A stretch of DNA of 63,275 nt, filler included, from Bigelowiella natans CCMP2755 (taxonomy: Eukaryota > Protista > Cercozoa), in the NCBI GenBank assembly GCA_000320545.1. It is 8 parts of 8 records of this genome, joined end to end, with 100 filler letters (N's around TTAATTAATTAA, not from the genome) between each part and the next. Parts side by side here need not be neighbours in the genome. Positions count along the whole stretch, not along the records: positions 1 to 9,050 come from ADNK01002193.1; positions 9,151 to 15,401 come from ADNK01001728.1; 6 more parts are not named here. The stretch is one strand, 5' to 3'. The notes beneath the pieces were generated by a model, which did not search any database, was not told the DNA's origin, and saw nothing but the letters and a program-made list of their open reading frames with translations. Within the stretch, counting starts at the first letter, position 1; every line of letters begins with the position of its first letter. The position numbers were made by a program, and so were the translations under genes. This document shows, in pieces, positions 1 to 13,896 of the stretch.

Positions 1-156
1 CGTCTCTCTTTTTATTTTGACACGACCTAGCTGAAACCTCCCCTATAAATACTGATGTGATCAGTCCTCTTTCCGGCCACGTTCGTTCGGTTTCTCTCCT
101 AGTACCCCTTCGTAGGTGTTGTTGACCCTGCCATTAGCCGTTTTCCTCCCGCAGAA

Positions 157-1855
157 GACCACCCATGGTTCCCCTTTGAACATTATTTCCTGATCGAGAA
201 TGGATGTTGTTCACGGATGAATGATGACGAAGTAAGGCAAGCAATGGCAGGCAGGAGAGAAGCGGAACCGAAAGCGTTTCGCTATTTTTCTCCTCGAAAG
301 AAATGAATAAAACACAGCGATAGCTCGTCGATGGCCGAGGGTGCTGTTGCTGCTGTTAGCGGGCGGGAGAGAAAGCTCTTCTTCATTGCAAGATCTATGA
401 AGCTTTCGTGCGACACGAGACTATTCGCCATCGATGGTAAATCTATTTGCATACTGTGTTGCTGCATTCACCTGCAGGTATCCCGTATTTTGAGGATCGA
501 TAACCTCGTATGTAGGCTCAAAAAAGCGAGAGAATCCATTGTATGCCTTTTGGCGTCAAAGACAGAGAGAGAGGGGGAGAGAGAGAGAGAGTGGGGGGGG
601 GCAAAGAGAGTTATGCACGAAAGAAAACAACCCTTTTGATTCGAAATTGTAGCATGGGCGTTAGGGATTTCCTTCTACAATGAGTAAGACCCCTCAATCC
701 GACCGTTCACCACACTAAATATTCTAACTTTCGATCGTTGTGCTTGCCCTAGACACACAGGACTCCTCCCCCACCCTTTGGGGTTCAGGATATCCCCCTT
801 CGAAAGGTCCGCACCTTCACTGCAAGAGTCCCTCCGCCACCCACCAGAAGACCTCCAAGCAGGACTACACTGAGCCAGTTTATCGGCTCTGGCTTTGAAC
901 GGGTCGCTCTCTCGGCTGCGCGACGTGCTCGCTGACGAATGGCATGCAAAGAGTTCAAAAATTTACGAGCGTGAGTGTTTGCGGTTGCATTCTTCGACTG
1001 AGTTGTTGCTTGCCGTGCATGATACCGCTCGTGAGTACCATGTGAAATCTTTCTCTTCGAAGGAGGTCAGAAAAATGGTACCCCCCCCTCCGTTTTCACT
1101 ACCCTCCTGCGATTCCTCGAATACGCGCGTTGTTGCCAAAACATAAAATTTCCCGAAATCATCGCCTGTATGTTACCTCTTCATTCGAGGGCTGCTGCTT
1201 CGCTTGGCCTGCGCCACGGTGGCGCACGCGTCCTCCGCCTGATGACGATCCTCGCGCCATTGCAAATCGGCTTATCCAACTTCTTTTGGGCAGTGCAAGG
1301 CGTGTGTCAGCAAAAGCATCCTTCCAGTCCAAAGCGCTTCAGAAATCACTCGAAAGTACCGGAAACATCTTCCTTTTGAGGATTGCGACATGGCGAGTGT
1401 GCAGTGATGAGGCGGAAATCTTCATTCTTTCACGGGCTCCTTGAGAGCATTCCAATCTCAAATGAACTTAGGCCGTGGATTGACGCGCAGCGACTAGCAC
1501 ATTTCGGTTCTGTTTCTTGTCGCATGTTTGTGAACGCCAGTACATTTTCTATTCTGTTTCTTGTGGAGATGAACGTGGAGGAATTGAGCACCGATCCGAT
1601 CCTCTCAGCTGCACCCATGGAAACAATTCAGATGAGTGCTCATCATCACTCACAATGGGGAGGAGACGATTCTATGCATTTGTGGCCCTTTTTTTTATGG
1701 TGATCCTCAAGGCTGCAACCCAGAAGCACGCGTTCATTCATTCGCTCACCTTTGGCACGCTGCTTCGCACGCCATTTCGTTTTCTTCTTCTCCTTTGTTC
1801 ATTCATTCATGGATGGTTCAAGGATCATGGGTCGCCCGCAGGCTCTCTTGCTTAA
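157..1855 (+). CDS. Hypothetical multi-exon protein, probably 5'-truncated by the window edge
   Basis: GT..AG-bounded exon-like segments on + (e.g. ...LRDVLADEWHAKSSKIYERECLRLH...; GCCFAWPAPRW...IANRLIQLLLGSARR; RPWIDAQRLAHF); no family recognised. Confidence 0.45.
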
Positions 1856-1899
1856 CTTCGCTGAGGTTGTCGAAGTGTGATGGGCGAAGTGAACAAGAT

Positions 1900-2520
1900 C
1901 CATGCGTGCTAGCGTGTCGTCTTTGATTCACGGACCGCACATGCGGATGCGATGCGATGGGCCGCCCACAGCCGTTGCCGGGAACCAGCTGAGCAATGCC
2001 ACAAAGTGACCAATGTTTCATGCTGACCACATGCACAGCACAGCCGAGCAAACGCACGATTGAAAAATTTCGCGACCATTCTAGCATTGCTAGCATTGCC
2101 GCAAGCTGGCGCGCTAGCAAGCTCTGAGCTGATTCGTTTGCTAGTTGCAGAGGTCCACGCCTACTTAGCCCTTCTATACTTCCTGATTCGATGGCCATCG
2201 TGCGTTTCATGAGATTCGTCGTGAGGCCACAACTGGCATCGCTAGATCGCAGGAACAGCTAGCTAGCTAGCTAGCTCGATTTCCTTGCAATCATCGAATC
2301 ATTGATTTTATTGCCGCAAATCGCAAGCTAGCAAGGCAGGCAAACGAATCGAAGTCAGTCGCTAGCAGTCCAGAGGTTCGACCATTTCGAGACCAAATGT
2401 CCACTTGATGCGTGAGCAAGACAGATCATTCGTATCTTTCATGCGCGCGCTTTGGGCAGTAAACTACGCTAGCATGCGCTATATCCACAGCTAGCGCACG
2501 GTGTTCAACGTTGCATGGAT
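1900..2520. other. Palindrome-rich 3'-3' intergenic island 1, AGCTAGCTAGCTAGCTAGCT core at ~2257-2276
   Basis: Dense CTAG/TGCA/CATG/GCGC words between convergent gene ends. Confidence 0.8.
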
Positions 2521-2741
2521 TGGTGGCATCGAACTCCGATATTGATCAGCATTTTTTCACACACCGTATTTTCATTATACCTTTACATTTGTGATCTTCT
2601 TTTGAGCAGTACATCGCCTAATGTCACACACGCACGTGCTACTTCCCATTTTCTTCTTCATATTCTGCTACTTCAGCGCAGAACGCATACATGAATCCCA
2701 TTCTATTTTTGCTTCAAGATGCAATGGCTCTACATTTACCG

Positions 2742-2962
2742 TTAGGCAAGTTCATCGTCGGCTGCTTTAAACTTTATTAAATCGTCCACCCATGCCGTTT
2801 GCGCGGCTCTACCCAGCTTGAAGACAGAAGGATACTTAATGAACTCGAGTTGCGCCTCTGTCTCTCCCAGCACGTCGGCAAGTCGGTGATACACCTGCAA
2901 GATGCGCTCCGAGGACACACGTACCTTTTGTTATGTTCAAAATGTTAAAATTCATTGTGCGT

Positions 2963-3009
<47 letters not shown>

Positions 3010-4792
3010 GCATTGAAGATTCTAACATAGGCAAAGAATCTTTTTTTCATTATTCTCAGATAACGCTGGCCCGCCAACGGAATTGCAACTATCGCCGGAC
3101 CGCGCTCCCTCCCCCCCGTTGACCATTAAAACTACCATGCTAGGCGAGCGGCAGATGAGCGCCTCCGCCATTTGCTCCGAGCCGTAGCAGAGTGATAGCG
3201 CGCTGTGTGCTTCCCGGATGGTTTTCGACGGTGTCCGCAACACATCAGGGTTCTTTTGCACCAGGCCAATCGTAGTATTTCGACCCAGAATGCTTGAAAG
3301 CGTCCTCCACGCACCTTGCACCGTCTTCTGCGGCGACCGCAACACGGCTGGATTCTGTGTAATCAACTCCAGTGCGCGCTCTTTACCTAAGATATGCACA
3401 AGAGCCTCCCATGCTCCTTTGGGAAGGAGAGGGGCGGGAAGGGGGGGGGGGGGGGTTCACACGTGAGGATGCATATTGTATGGAGTAGTAGGCACGTATT
3501 TCTTGGATTAAGCGATGAATATCGACTGCACCTCTGACTGTGCGGCTTGGCGAACGAAGAACTTCAGGACAACGCAGCACCAGCGACACGATGCTATCCT
3601 TGTCTCCATTCATGATCTCGTGCAATGCAGACCAGGATCCATTTATCGTCTCTCGTGGCGCACGCAAAATGCCTATTTGGTTGCAAGAAGCAAATCGTAA
3701 CAAACAAACAAAAGCAGCGTGGATGAATTAGGAGCTGCAGGTATAACGCGGGAAGCAAAGCGCCCATGCTAACCGTCCCACTACACCCCACCACTTCTTA
3801 TATCATGCTCAAAGCAGGAGAAAGAGACGATGCCACCAGGGTTTTTCCGCAGAAGTTTCGTGGTGATTTCCATCCCTAGAAGCTGTTCTAAGCAGTCGAA
3901 AGCGCCCTGCATTGTTGTTCCTGGCGACAGGATCGCCATTGGTGTCTTTAGCACGAGGTTGTACGCATCAGCTTCGCCAACGAGCGTCTTGAGCACATCC
4001 CAAGCGCCCCTTATAGTCAGGCAAACAACACCAACAGAAAATTAGACTTCAAGGCCTCGAAACGAGAACTGCAGCCCTCCGTCTACCCATCCGTCCATTT
4101 TTCCTCCCGTCGTCTCCCCCCTTCCTCCTTCTCCTTCATCGGGCTACCTTACTGTTGAGGGGGGGGACGTTAGGCACGCCGAGCACTTTGTAATAAGTTC
4201 AACCGCCATCTCATATCCGAACAAGTCTTGGAACACACTCACGGCTCCCGACACGGTCTCGGAAGGTGTGCGGAGAATGCCAGGGCTTTTCGAAGTGAGT
4301 CTAGACATCGGAGAAGGCAAAGATGGGAGGGGGGGGGGGGGGGGGATTAGGGTTAGGGGGGGAAAATGGCCAGCAATATTCGGGGGGAGAGATACCGAAG
4401 ATGTTTCTGCACTTATAAGCCTCAATATCACCATTACCACCGTCATTATGATCACTATCTCAGTCATAATGACGATAAGAACAATAAATCATCATCATCA
4501 CCAAAATCGCTATCATCATCGTCGTCGTCATCATCATCAACACTATCACCATCCACCACTTCCGCATATCACGAGGTCAAGCGTTGCTGTGTGTGTGTGT
4601 GTGTGTTCTTCTTTTTTTGTCGAGTAGTCGTCAACTTGCGTGCAACTTCTTCGCCGAACTCGATCTTCAAATACTCCCATGTCCCGTTTATCGTGGCGGG
4701 GGGGGAAAGCAAGACGCCAGGGTTTTTTAAAACCATTATCCTGCCCATTTCAGGGCCTGTGGACCTCCCTGGTATTAAGAAACGTGATGATA

Positions 4793-4823
<31 letters not shown>

Positions 4824-5760
4824 CACGATCATGATCATTGCGGAGACAACATGCCTACCAATCTGCCTCCAAGACTTCTGGATACGTTCCGGCTGGCAAG
4901 CCAGAAGCGTTGGGCTGCGCTCTAGGTACGCCTTTGCCAGCTTCTCCTCCCCCACGATCTGCGCCATGGTCCTCACGAGATCCTCTAAGACTTCCACGGA
5001 CCGGTCAAGCACGCTCGGGTGCAGCCGGACAATATCCCCCGCGCCTTTGGCACCGAAGCTGTTCTCGAGGAATTTCCAAACCCTCGTGCTTTTGGCTTCC
5101 GATATTCGCATGACGTTCGGGTGCTTAATGACGAGGTCGCAGGCTTTCTCGGGTCCAAACTGACGAATCAGAAGCAAGAAGGTCCCCGTCGCCGTGCCGT
5201 TGCTCTCGAGAACCATTCTTTCCGCTCGTCCGCCACTGCCGTGCTTTGATAGATACTCGAAGAGCATGGTTGATGATGAGGAGGAGGATAGTGGTGGTGG
5301 TGGTGATGATGATGATGAGGAGGAGGAGGAGGAGGAGGAGGACGCTTCGTCATCGAGAATAACATTCGGTGTCAGCAGTGACCGATAGTATGGGCGTTTT
5401 CCCTTTCTGCATATATATTCTAAAGGTGGTGGCGACGATTTATGCAATCTCGAAAGCGGCGACAGACGAGGAGCTCTCTGCATGGGAGGGGAAAGGGAGG
5501 GACGCTGACGGTCCACACGTTGCGGGAGAAACCTGACAAATTGAGAAGGGAACATGGAGATTGTGTGGTTGAAAGTACTGGGAGAATAAAGATAAAACAG
5601 TAGAAGATTCAGGAATTTCTTCTTGAGTAATCATAACGGCTGATGCCGCCGCCCGATTTGCAATGATGCTAATAGATGAATAGACCTCAAGAAGGATGAG
5701 CTGCTCCCCCGCCCTAAGACACAGAGCCACGCTGCTGTGGAGTATAAAACGAAGAAGCAT
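2742..5760 (-). CDS. mTERF-like helical repeat protein with long N-terminal leader (organelle-targeted candidate), multi-exon
   Basis: About a dozen ~33-aa repeats of the form LxxxNPxVLRxPxxTxxGAWxxLxxxxG (ELITQNPAVLRSPQKTVQGAWRTLSSILG; LVQKNPDVLRTPSKTI; MVLKNPGVLLSPPATINGTWEYLKIEFG); last exon ends ...KFKAADDELA* at 2742; start codon uncertain. Confidence 0.7.
2957..3008. repeat. Representative intronic (GT)n microsatellite; (AT)n, (AC)n(AG)n, (GAT)n, (GTA)n and poly-G/C tracts occur in dozens of introns across the window
   Basis: Direct reading, e.g. 10287-10363, 13113-13166, 57292-57402, 57658-57756, 59133-59280. Confidence 0.95.
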
Positions 5761-6193
5761 AACGCACGACGGCTAAACGGCCACTTTCCAGGGAGAACAG
5801 GCGGTGACCATCGTTCAGTGACTACCCCCTCCCCACCGCGGGGGGCAGCACGGGTAGGGGACCACATTCCCGGAAGGTGGTTATATGGGAAATGCCCTAT
5901 GTTTACAATGAACGACAACATAACATACGATTACTAAAATATTGCATATGTTGCCCTCACGAAAAGTCCTTCCTCAGGATGTGCCCAGGATGGAAAATAG
6001 TCTAGAGTGGATTTCGAAAATGCGCAGGAAATATTACGATGTTTCTAGGATAATAACCGCTCATGTTTCACGTGCTTGGCATGGATTCTGTCTCGTTTTC
6101 AAGCCGAAAACATCGGGATGAGAATGAATAAGAATTTCCACATTTCGAACTGACGTAAGCCCGAACGTGGAGAGGGGGGGGGTGAGGGGCGGA

Positions 6194-7870
6194 ATGGAAG
6201 GCGAAATAGCTACTAGCGATCTAGAGGATTTTCGAGGTAAATATGCCGATTCTGATAAAGACGATTATAGGCCTTAGCTCGAAGGAACAAATGGAGCGAA
6301 ATAACGCGTTCAAAGCTCGCTTGTATCGAGGTGGGTGTGTGTTTCATCGCTCATTTCGCTTTCTGAACTCCATTACGAAGTATTGGCGCCATTTTTTGAC
6401 ATAGCATGTGGGTGATGACAGCTCTAGATAGCGTGAAGGATGACCTCGAGGGGGCTTTTTTGTTTGTCGACACGATCTCTGCGACGGTAATAAATGAATG
6501 GGCACTGCACGCTACACTTCAGCACGCACGAATGAGGACAGATTATTCTTTTTTGCCCATGGATATGCTCAATGGAGCGCTCGCAAATTAGCGTTTTCGT
6601 GGTGTATAAGGAAAAGAGAGCTGCGTCGTCGTTTGCGGGATAATCATTCACCTTTTCACTGTACTTTCCTCCAAACCCAACCTTAACCCTTCCTTCCACC
6701 GCACGCGCCATATGCTCTCCACAGGCCCTGCGTTCGACGGTGGGACTGAGCGAGCTGTTCTCCCATTTCAAAATCCGATCGGTCTTCCCCCTCGACTGCT
6801 GCGGTGTGAATAATGAGTCAAAGCATCAATCAGGAGGAGGAGGAGGAGGAGGAGGAGGAGGAGGAGGAGGGAGGGGGGAGGGGGGGGAGATGGTAGGACG
6901 GACAGACAATGGCGGCATCATCCCCCATCGTTGCAGCGTATTCCCTCTCCCCTTGACTTCATCACAGGAACAGACTTCGAAGCGGAGATTCAAACAGCTG
7001 CAGGTCGATCCCGTGCTAGTTGCAATACTAAGCCGTCTCGCCCCTCCTCCTCTCTTCCAACGGAAGCTGGTGGAACACGTGGGGGCGCAAAATCAGTCTT
7101 CTTCGTCACAGATTTAGCATTGGAGGATCATGTGGCATCTGCCATAGCCAGGGGAATTCAGCAGGTAGTGATAGTAGTAGTAGTAGAAGTAGTAGTGGTA
7201 GTGCTTTTAGTTGTAGTTGTGAGTAGCCAGGCAGAGACCCACGCTCTCTTCTTACACCATGATGCGCTGCTGCGAACTTGTGCAAACCGTATGATAGTAT
7301 GTGTGAATATCTGACTCGTTTCCAAATTGCGGATCAACAAGTCTAATGAGCTATTGCACTGACTACTAAGAGAAGTATTTTTATTGGGTATCTATTTGCA
7401 AAATGCGCGTGTCAGGCTGGGTCTCTTATCGCCGTTATTGTCCTCTGCGGTGGGAGCGAATTCGACATCAGCCGCACCAGCAGCACTCGATCATACCCCT
7501 CTTATACCAACAGTGTGGGAGAAGGGCTCCGTCAGAAGGGAGGGGGGGGGGATGGTAGAAGTAGCGCTGTCGATAGGACTGGAGGAGGGGGGGGGGGGGG
7601 AGGTCACGACGGTGGAAACGAGTTTAAGATAGAGAACGGGGCTGCTGCTCGAGGCGCCAGCAGCAAACAACAACAGAACCAACATTCGCCAATTACAAGC
7701 TCGCTTCCTGAGAGAGTGATGCGGGAATTGGAGCTGCTGCAGCAGCAGCGAGAGAAGCGACAAAGATCTGTTGGAAAAGTCGCAATTCGGACCGCTGAGG
7801 TAGCTTTGCCGATATCGATTGTGCAAGCGGCGAGGAACTTCTTCACGGTCCCAACGGCTAGGTAAAGGCG

Positions 7871-7906
<36 letters not shown>

Positions 7907-7918
7907 ACAGAGTTCATA

Positions 7919-7960
<42 letters not shown>

Positions 7961-8394
7961 TCGTGTTCCTTGAGAGCTACCAAAGCCGTTCCTGCCTCTA
8001 AGATGCTACTACAGCATCAATTGCTGAGCAGATCATCATGATCATCATCATCTCCATTTGCATCATCATCATCATCACCACCACCACCACCAATTTCCAT
8101 CATCCTTTTGATCATTGCTCGCCGCTTATCAGGAACGCGGTTCCGTTGGTGTTCACGGACATTACAGCTGAGGAGACTCCTAACAAGGCACCATCATCAC
8201 CATCATCACCATCATTTCCAATCAATATTACTTACCTATCAGTAGTAGTCGTAATTCAGAGAGAGGGGGGGTTGGGGAAAGGGGAACGGGCATAAGGGGG
8301 GGGTCCTTCGTAGCGGAGGCCGGGGGGCGGTGTCGTGATGTTTGCTGTATCAGGAGACTTCCTTCGTGTTTGTGAGAGAGGGAGAGGGAAGAAG

Positions 8395-8426
<32 letters not shown>

Positions 8427-8950
8427 TCATCGAGAAAGTAAGGGGAGAACCTGGCTGCTGCTGCTGCTGCCGCAGAAAAACTTGTGTGACACATGTGCGA
8501 CCTGCACAAACACGTAGTAGTAGTATATATATATATATATATAATATATATATATATATAATTTATAATGCATATCATTCAGTCGGAGGCACCGGCAGCA
8601 TCCTCACCACCCTCGTCATCATCGTCCTCCACGCAACACAACGCGGCGGCGGTGAAAAAGGCATCTTCCGAGCCGACAGCAAGAGAAACGATAACTCGAA
8701 AGCCAGTCTCCCTCCTCCGCTTCGTCAAGTCCCTCGACGCGAAGCTTGGAGACGATATCACGATGCAAAAACGCAACGATCTTCAGAAGTTAGCCGCAGA
8801 GCTTTCATGTTTCTTATCTTCGTGCTTCCCAACAATGGAGCCAACATCGCAGCAGCAGGAGCAGCAGCAGCTGCATCAACTCCCTCGCATCTTTGCTACC
8901 GGTCTGTTTTACTACCATGTCCCTGCATTTGTGAAGGGGGGGGTAGGGTT
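6194..8950 (+). CDS. Sec1/Munc18-family protein, SCFD2/MIP3-like, N-terminal part (truncated by gap)
   Basis: Spliced segments DDLEGAFLFVDTISATALRSTVGLSELF, GAKSVFFVTDLALEDHVASAIARGI, RTAEVALPISIVQAARNFFTVP and DLQKLAAELSCFLSSC...RIFATG follow the motif order I recall for SCFD2 (AVVYLD..., KAVFVLS..., TAEVFHVP..., LVSGLSSLC...CFAVG). Confidence 0.65.
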
Positions 8951-9050
8951 GGTGATTCTGATAAATTTAAAATAGTGATGGGTCAGGAATGTGCGACTCG
9001 TGCAATGCAAATCGTTGTTATTTTGCTACCTTGTATTTTGCAAGTGAAAT

Positions 9051-9150
9051 NNNNNNNNNNNNNNNNNNNNNNNNNNNNNNNNNNNNNNNNNNNNTTAATT
9101 AATTAANNNNNNNNNNNNNNNNNNNNNNNNNNNNNNNNNNNNNNNNNNNN
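9051..9150. other. Artificial contig spacer
   Basis: N44 + TTAATTAATTAA (stops in all six frames) + N44. Confidence 0.99.
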
Positions 9151-9429
9151 GCAGCGCCACAACGACGATGTAGAAGATTACGATGTTGCAGAGCAATTAT
9201 ATCACACCATGATCTTTATAATGCACGGCTCCTTGAGTAGTGAAGTAGTATCAATTTCCTCCTTTCTCTTCTTTCACATTCGTTGTTATTGCGCACATGC
9301 AACCCATGACGACGACCCCACAAACGAAAAACAATTGTGTAAGCACTTTCGTAAGTACTGAGAGTTGACTTATGATTCTATGGACTGCTGATTCTATGGG
9401 CTGCTCATCAGCAGTCAAAAGACACCAAT

Positions 9430-9601
9430 CTAGTACGGAATAGCTCGCACGTTTTCTCCCCCACCGAGCCAGATTGGGGGTTTCACGAATACATCAAGCG
9501 AGAGGCTATATTTGACCCAGTAAGTGGCTGAGAAGGCATGTTTCAGCCAGTAGATGGTTGTGATAGCATTCTAGAATGTCACGCAGCAGTACACATTATA
9601 C

Positions 9602-9635
<34 letters not shown>

Positions 9636-9781
9636 CTCTATGATTCTTAGGAAAAAGATCTGCTTCACCAAGGCGGAAAGTATGCCAATATATCCGTGTC
9701 TGTGCGCGTCCATAGACCAAATCCAATCAATTCCAAGGTAAAGAGAACAACAACAAGAAGACGAAGAATATAGAAGGGGAA

Positions 9782-9813
<32 letters not shown>

Positions 9814-9938
9814 AATGATGATAATGATGATGATGATGTTGGTTATAGACAAGCCATTCAGCCATATTCCTAGAGAATGATAGATGGTGATACATATAAT
9901 CTTATTCTGAATTAACTTTCCATTGGAATGTACTTGTG

Positions 9939-9976
<38 letters not shown>

Positions 9977-10195
9977 GTGTGTGCATTCCAAAGCTCCAGA
10001 TGTCTCTTCTTCCGGAGGAATCACCTTTATTCGATGAAATTCCCAAGGATTTCCGTCTAGGTCGTATCGCCATTCTTCCTTAGCTTTTCCACTTTCTGAA
10101 ACAGTCATATATAACAACGAATAAGAAACAAACATTATTTTGTGTATTGACATATTACACCTCAAACGTACCAACCTGATATATCGTGCTGAAGC
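9430..10195 (-). CDS. Hypothetical protein, 3' exons
   Basis: Exon-like pieces ESGKAKEEWRYDLDGNPWEFHRIK, ELIGFGLWTRTDTDILAYFPPW and NAITTIYWLKHAFSATYWVKYSLSLDVFVKPPIWLGGGENVRAIPY*; 5' end unresolved. Confidence 0.4.
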
Positions 10196-10285
10196 TGTGG
10201 GAGAGGGGAGAGGAAAGCATCTTGCCTTGATTACCTATGCTCTAAAATGCTGATCTGGATGCTCATATTTTACGTTTTTCTTGTT

Positions 10286-10366
<81 letters not shown>

Positions 10367-10391
10367 CTTGTTCTTCTCTCCCTCCCCTCAC

Positions 10392-10426
<35 letters not shown>

Positions 10427-10752
10427 GGCGACGTGCTAAGAAGCAGCAACCGCAACAACCCTAACTGGATTGATGAAATGTGGCAAATCGGAAATTTAAG
10501 GTTCAGCTGCTACACACACACACACACATACCGTGCAGCATTTCTCATGCAGTTGTTCTCTGCGGAAAATCATGATCGTGATGATAATGATAATGATGAT
10601 GATGATGATAATGATAATGATAATGATGATGACGATAACTCAAAGAGGGGGGCGGGGGATGTGATTGGTGAGAATGGTTTTTCTTGTATTTTACTGTTGT
10701 TATCGTAAGCAGCTATAAGTAACATTCTTTGAACTAATACAAGCGTTGATAA

Positions 10753-10985
10753 TGAATGATGTGTCTATAGATATGGATGGGACCGAAGAAGGAGCAAAGA
10801 CGGGTATTAAAGTTACCTGCCCTCCCACCCCCCCCTCCACCCCTCCTCTCTCTATCTCTCTATCTCTCTATTTCTCTATCTCCACACGCCCCCACTCCTT
10901 TTTCCTCTGCCTCGTATCCTTACAGCGGACGGCTCTCTCTCCCTTCTCTCCTTACCCTTTCTCACAAAGATTATATGTAGTACAT

Positions 10986-11029
<44 letters not shown>

Positions 11030-11354
11030 TAATGAGTAGGTTTGTCGGTCTGAGAAACTTAGGCGCTACGTGCTACATGAACTCAATGTAAATACTATAT
11101 CAATCACCTTTGTAGAAACCATAAGATACACGCACAAGTGTGTGTGATACGTGCAATTTCGTGTTATTGATAATCGTATGCTGATGCCCTTTGTGACTAC
11201 TCACTAACTACCACGTCTAAAATATGATAACAGGCTGCAGACTTTGTTCCATACAAAAAGCTTCAGGAATGCTGTGTATGTGCTCGTTACTACTCCTACT
11301 TAGACAAAGACAACTACATCCAATTCTATATGCAAAATATGATATGTTTTAAGT

Positions 11355-11387
<33 letters not shown>

Positions 11388-12312
11388 CGTTCATGCACAA
11401 TATTTGCAAACACACATATGTACATGCACAACAACAAAACCAAGAAAAGTGCTGTTACTATTTGAGTACAGTGCCTTCTTCTACTATTCCCAATAGCTAC
11501 AACATCCCGACAACTTCCAATGGAAAAAATAGCCTTGTAAGTAACGTATCACATATGAACTAACTACCCCTTCCCTCCCCTCCCCCCCTCCCTGATGCAT
11601 ACACATGCCTTTTACTTCCGTCCGCACATAATAAATATCAATATTAAATGTATATGTTAAATATACAACTTGAATCTAGCTTGCGAGTGCATTAAGAGGC
11701 CTCTTCCTGAGACTGCAGGTAGTAGTAGTTGTAGCTAGTAGTAGTATCAGGAGATGTTCAAAAAAGTACTCCAATACGAGTCTTGATCTCTATCTACCAT
11801 AATCCGCATAAGCAGAGGTCTACAATCGAAATAACGAATGAAGCGCAAGATATGACCATATATGATGTGTGTGTTGGTGTGTGTTACTACAACTGCTACT
11901 CCCCCCACGACTAACTACTACTACAACTACCAACAGCACGGCAATTACTCAGTGGATACACGTCCTCTTGTGGAGGCATTTGGATGGGGATATGGACAAA
12001 CATTCGAAATGCACGATGTACAAGAATTCAATAGGGTCAGTGAGCCGCCCCTGCGACTACCATCATAGCAAGAACAAACAAAATCATTCCACACTAGCAG
12101 CTAACAGTGAAAGTTTGATGTTCATTGCCTCAAGGCTTGTTGTGCTTATTGCCTCAAGGTCCTCTGTGATGCTCTAGAGCAAAGCACAAAAATGGTGAAA
12201 AAGAAGAACGATGACATCTTCACGGAAACAACAGGCAGCAGCTCGATAACAGAGATCTTCATGGTCTGTCGCTTTGTACAGTGTTTGGTGTGTGTGCATG
12301 TGTGTGCATGTG

Positions 12313-12347
<35 letters not shown>

Positions 12348-13109
12348 TGTGCGTAAATAATAGTTGTTTTACATGCTCAGGGAGAAATAATCAACACTAT
12401 CAGGAAGAAGGATGGAAATCTATCAAGAAGTATCAATGAGGTAGTATTTTCAAAAGCAGTAACACTTGCATTAGGAAGGGTGGTATGATGTTGCTTCACA
12501 ATTCAATCAATACAATACCACCGCTCATTTCACTCACTATCTATATTTTATATATTCAATAACAACTGATTTTGTTTTCTTTTGTGTTATGTTTCTGTGC
12601 ACGTGTCTATACGTGTGTGCGTTGCTTTCCATTTAGAAATTTTACGATCTCTCAGTGCAAGTAAAAGGGTTGTTTTAACACGCATCATCATATGCCAATA
12701 ATAATAATAATAATAATAATATTAATAATAATAATTATAATAGTAGTAACAATACGATTTCGTTGGGATGATGATACGATTCTCTTGCTGAGAAGCAAAA
12801 GGAGCGGCACACACGCAGTGAACGTTGCATCATCATACGCACATAAGAGTACTCTCATCATGCGTCAAAGCAGGCTGTAAACACATTTTCTAGCGATTTG
12901 ATATTGACTGATGATGACATATGCATTTAGTTGATGTTGTATTGGCTGTTCTACACAGATACTCAAATTTGTTAGAAAGCATAGATGCCTTACTAGCCGA
13001 TGAAGTTATAGAAGGGTAAATACACCGCATCTTCCCTCTCCTTCCAAGGCTGTATATTCATTCCTACATATAAATGCTATTATGCAATACCCCTCACTTA
13101 TACTTACGT

Positions 13110-13161
<52 letters not shown>

Positions 13162-13849
13162 TGTGTGGTTTTGCATCATACATTGAGCCTGTTGTACATG
13201 ACACTCTTGTTCAATGCAAAGGTATGCTTTCGATGGTGATTCTGCATCCAAGCAGCTCGTGACGACGGTGGTGAAGAGTGGCAAGTTCTCCAAACTACCT
13301 CGTGTTCTTCACGTACATCTGATGCGATTCGAGTAAGGCGAGGAATGACCATCCTCGTATTTACAGCAATTTGAATGATCTATTTTGTGGAGAAGTAAGT
13401 GCTTTGTCTTAGTCTTACATGCTTCTTCCTGGCAACCTGTAGGTATGACTTTGAAACGGGGGGAATGAAAAAATTGTAAGGGCATCTCATTCATAAACTG
13501 TGCCCGTTCTTTCGGATATTCTTCTTGATTGCTCGCTTAACTGATTTTTGTAGATACTCTTCGATCGAGTTTCCCAACATATTAAATCTGAACGATTATG
13601 CAACTGCTGAGGCAAAACTAGGTGCTGCTCACTTCATTCGAATAATTTGTTATTTACAGTTTTTTATCATGTGTGGAATCTTTATTTACGCATGTGTGGT
13701 TTATGCTTGCACAATCAGATGCTCGGCCAATTTATGCCCTTCAATCAGTCTTAGTCCACGATGGAAATATGGAGTCAGAACCTGCCTCTATTTCAACCAA
13801 ATCAATTATTATCTATCTATCATCACACAACAACACTTATCAAACCTGC

Positions 13850-13896
<47 letters not shown>

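Noticed and set aside
1170-1450. In-frame TGA between two GLRHG-containing ORFs (possible readthrough or selenocysteine)
   Set aside because: A different frame is open across this point and fits the splice sites, so the repeat is probably coincidental.
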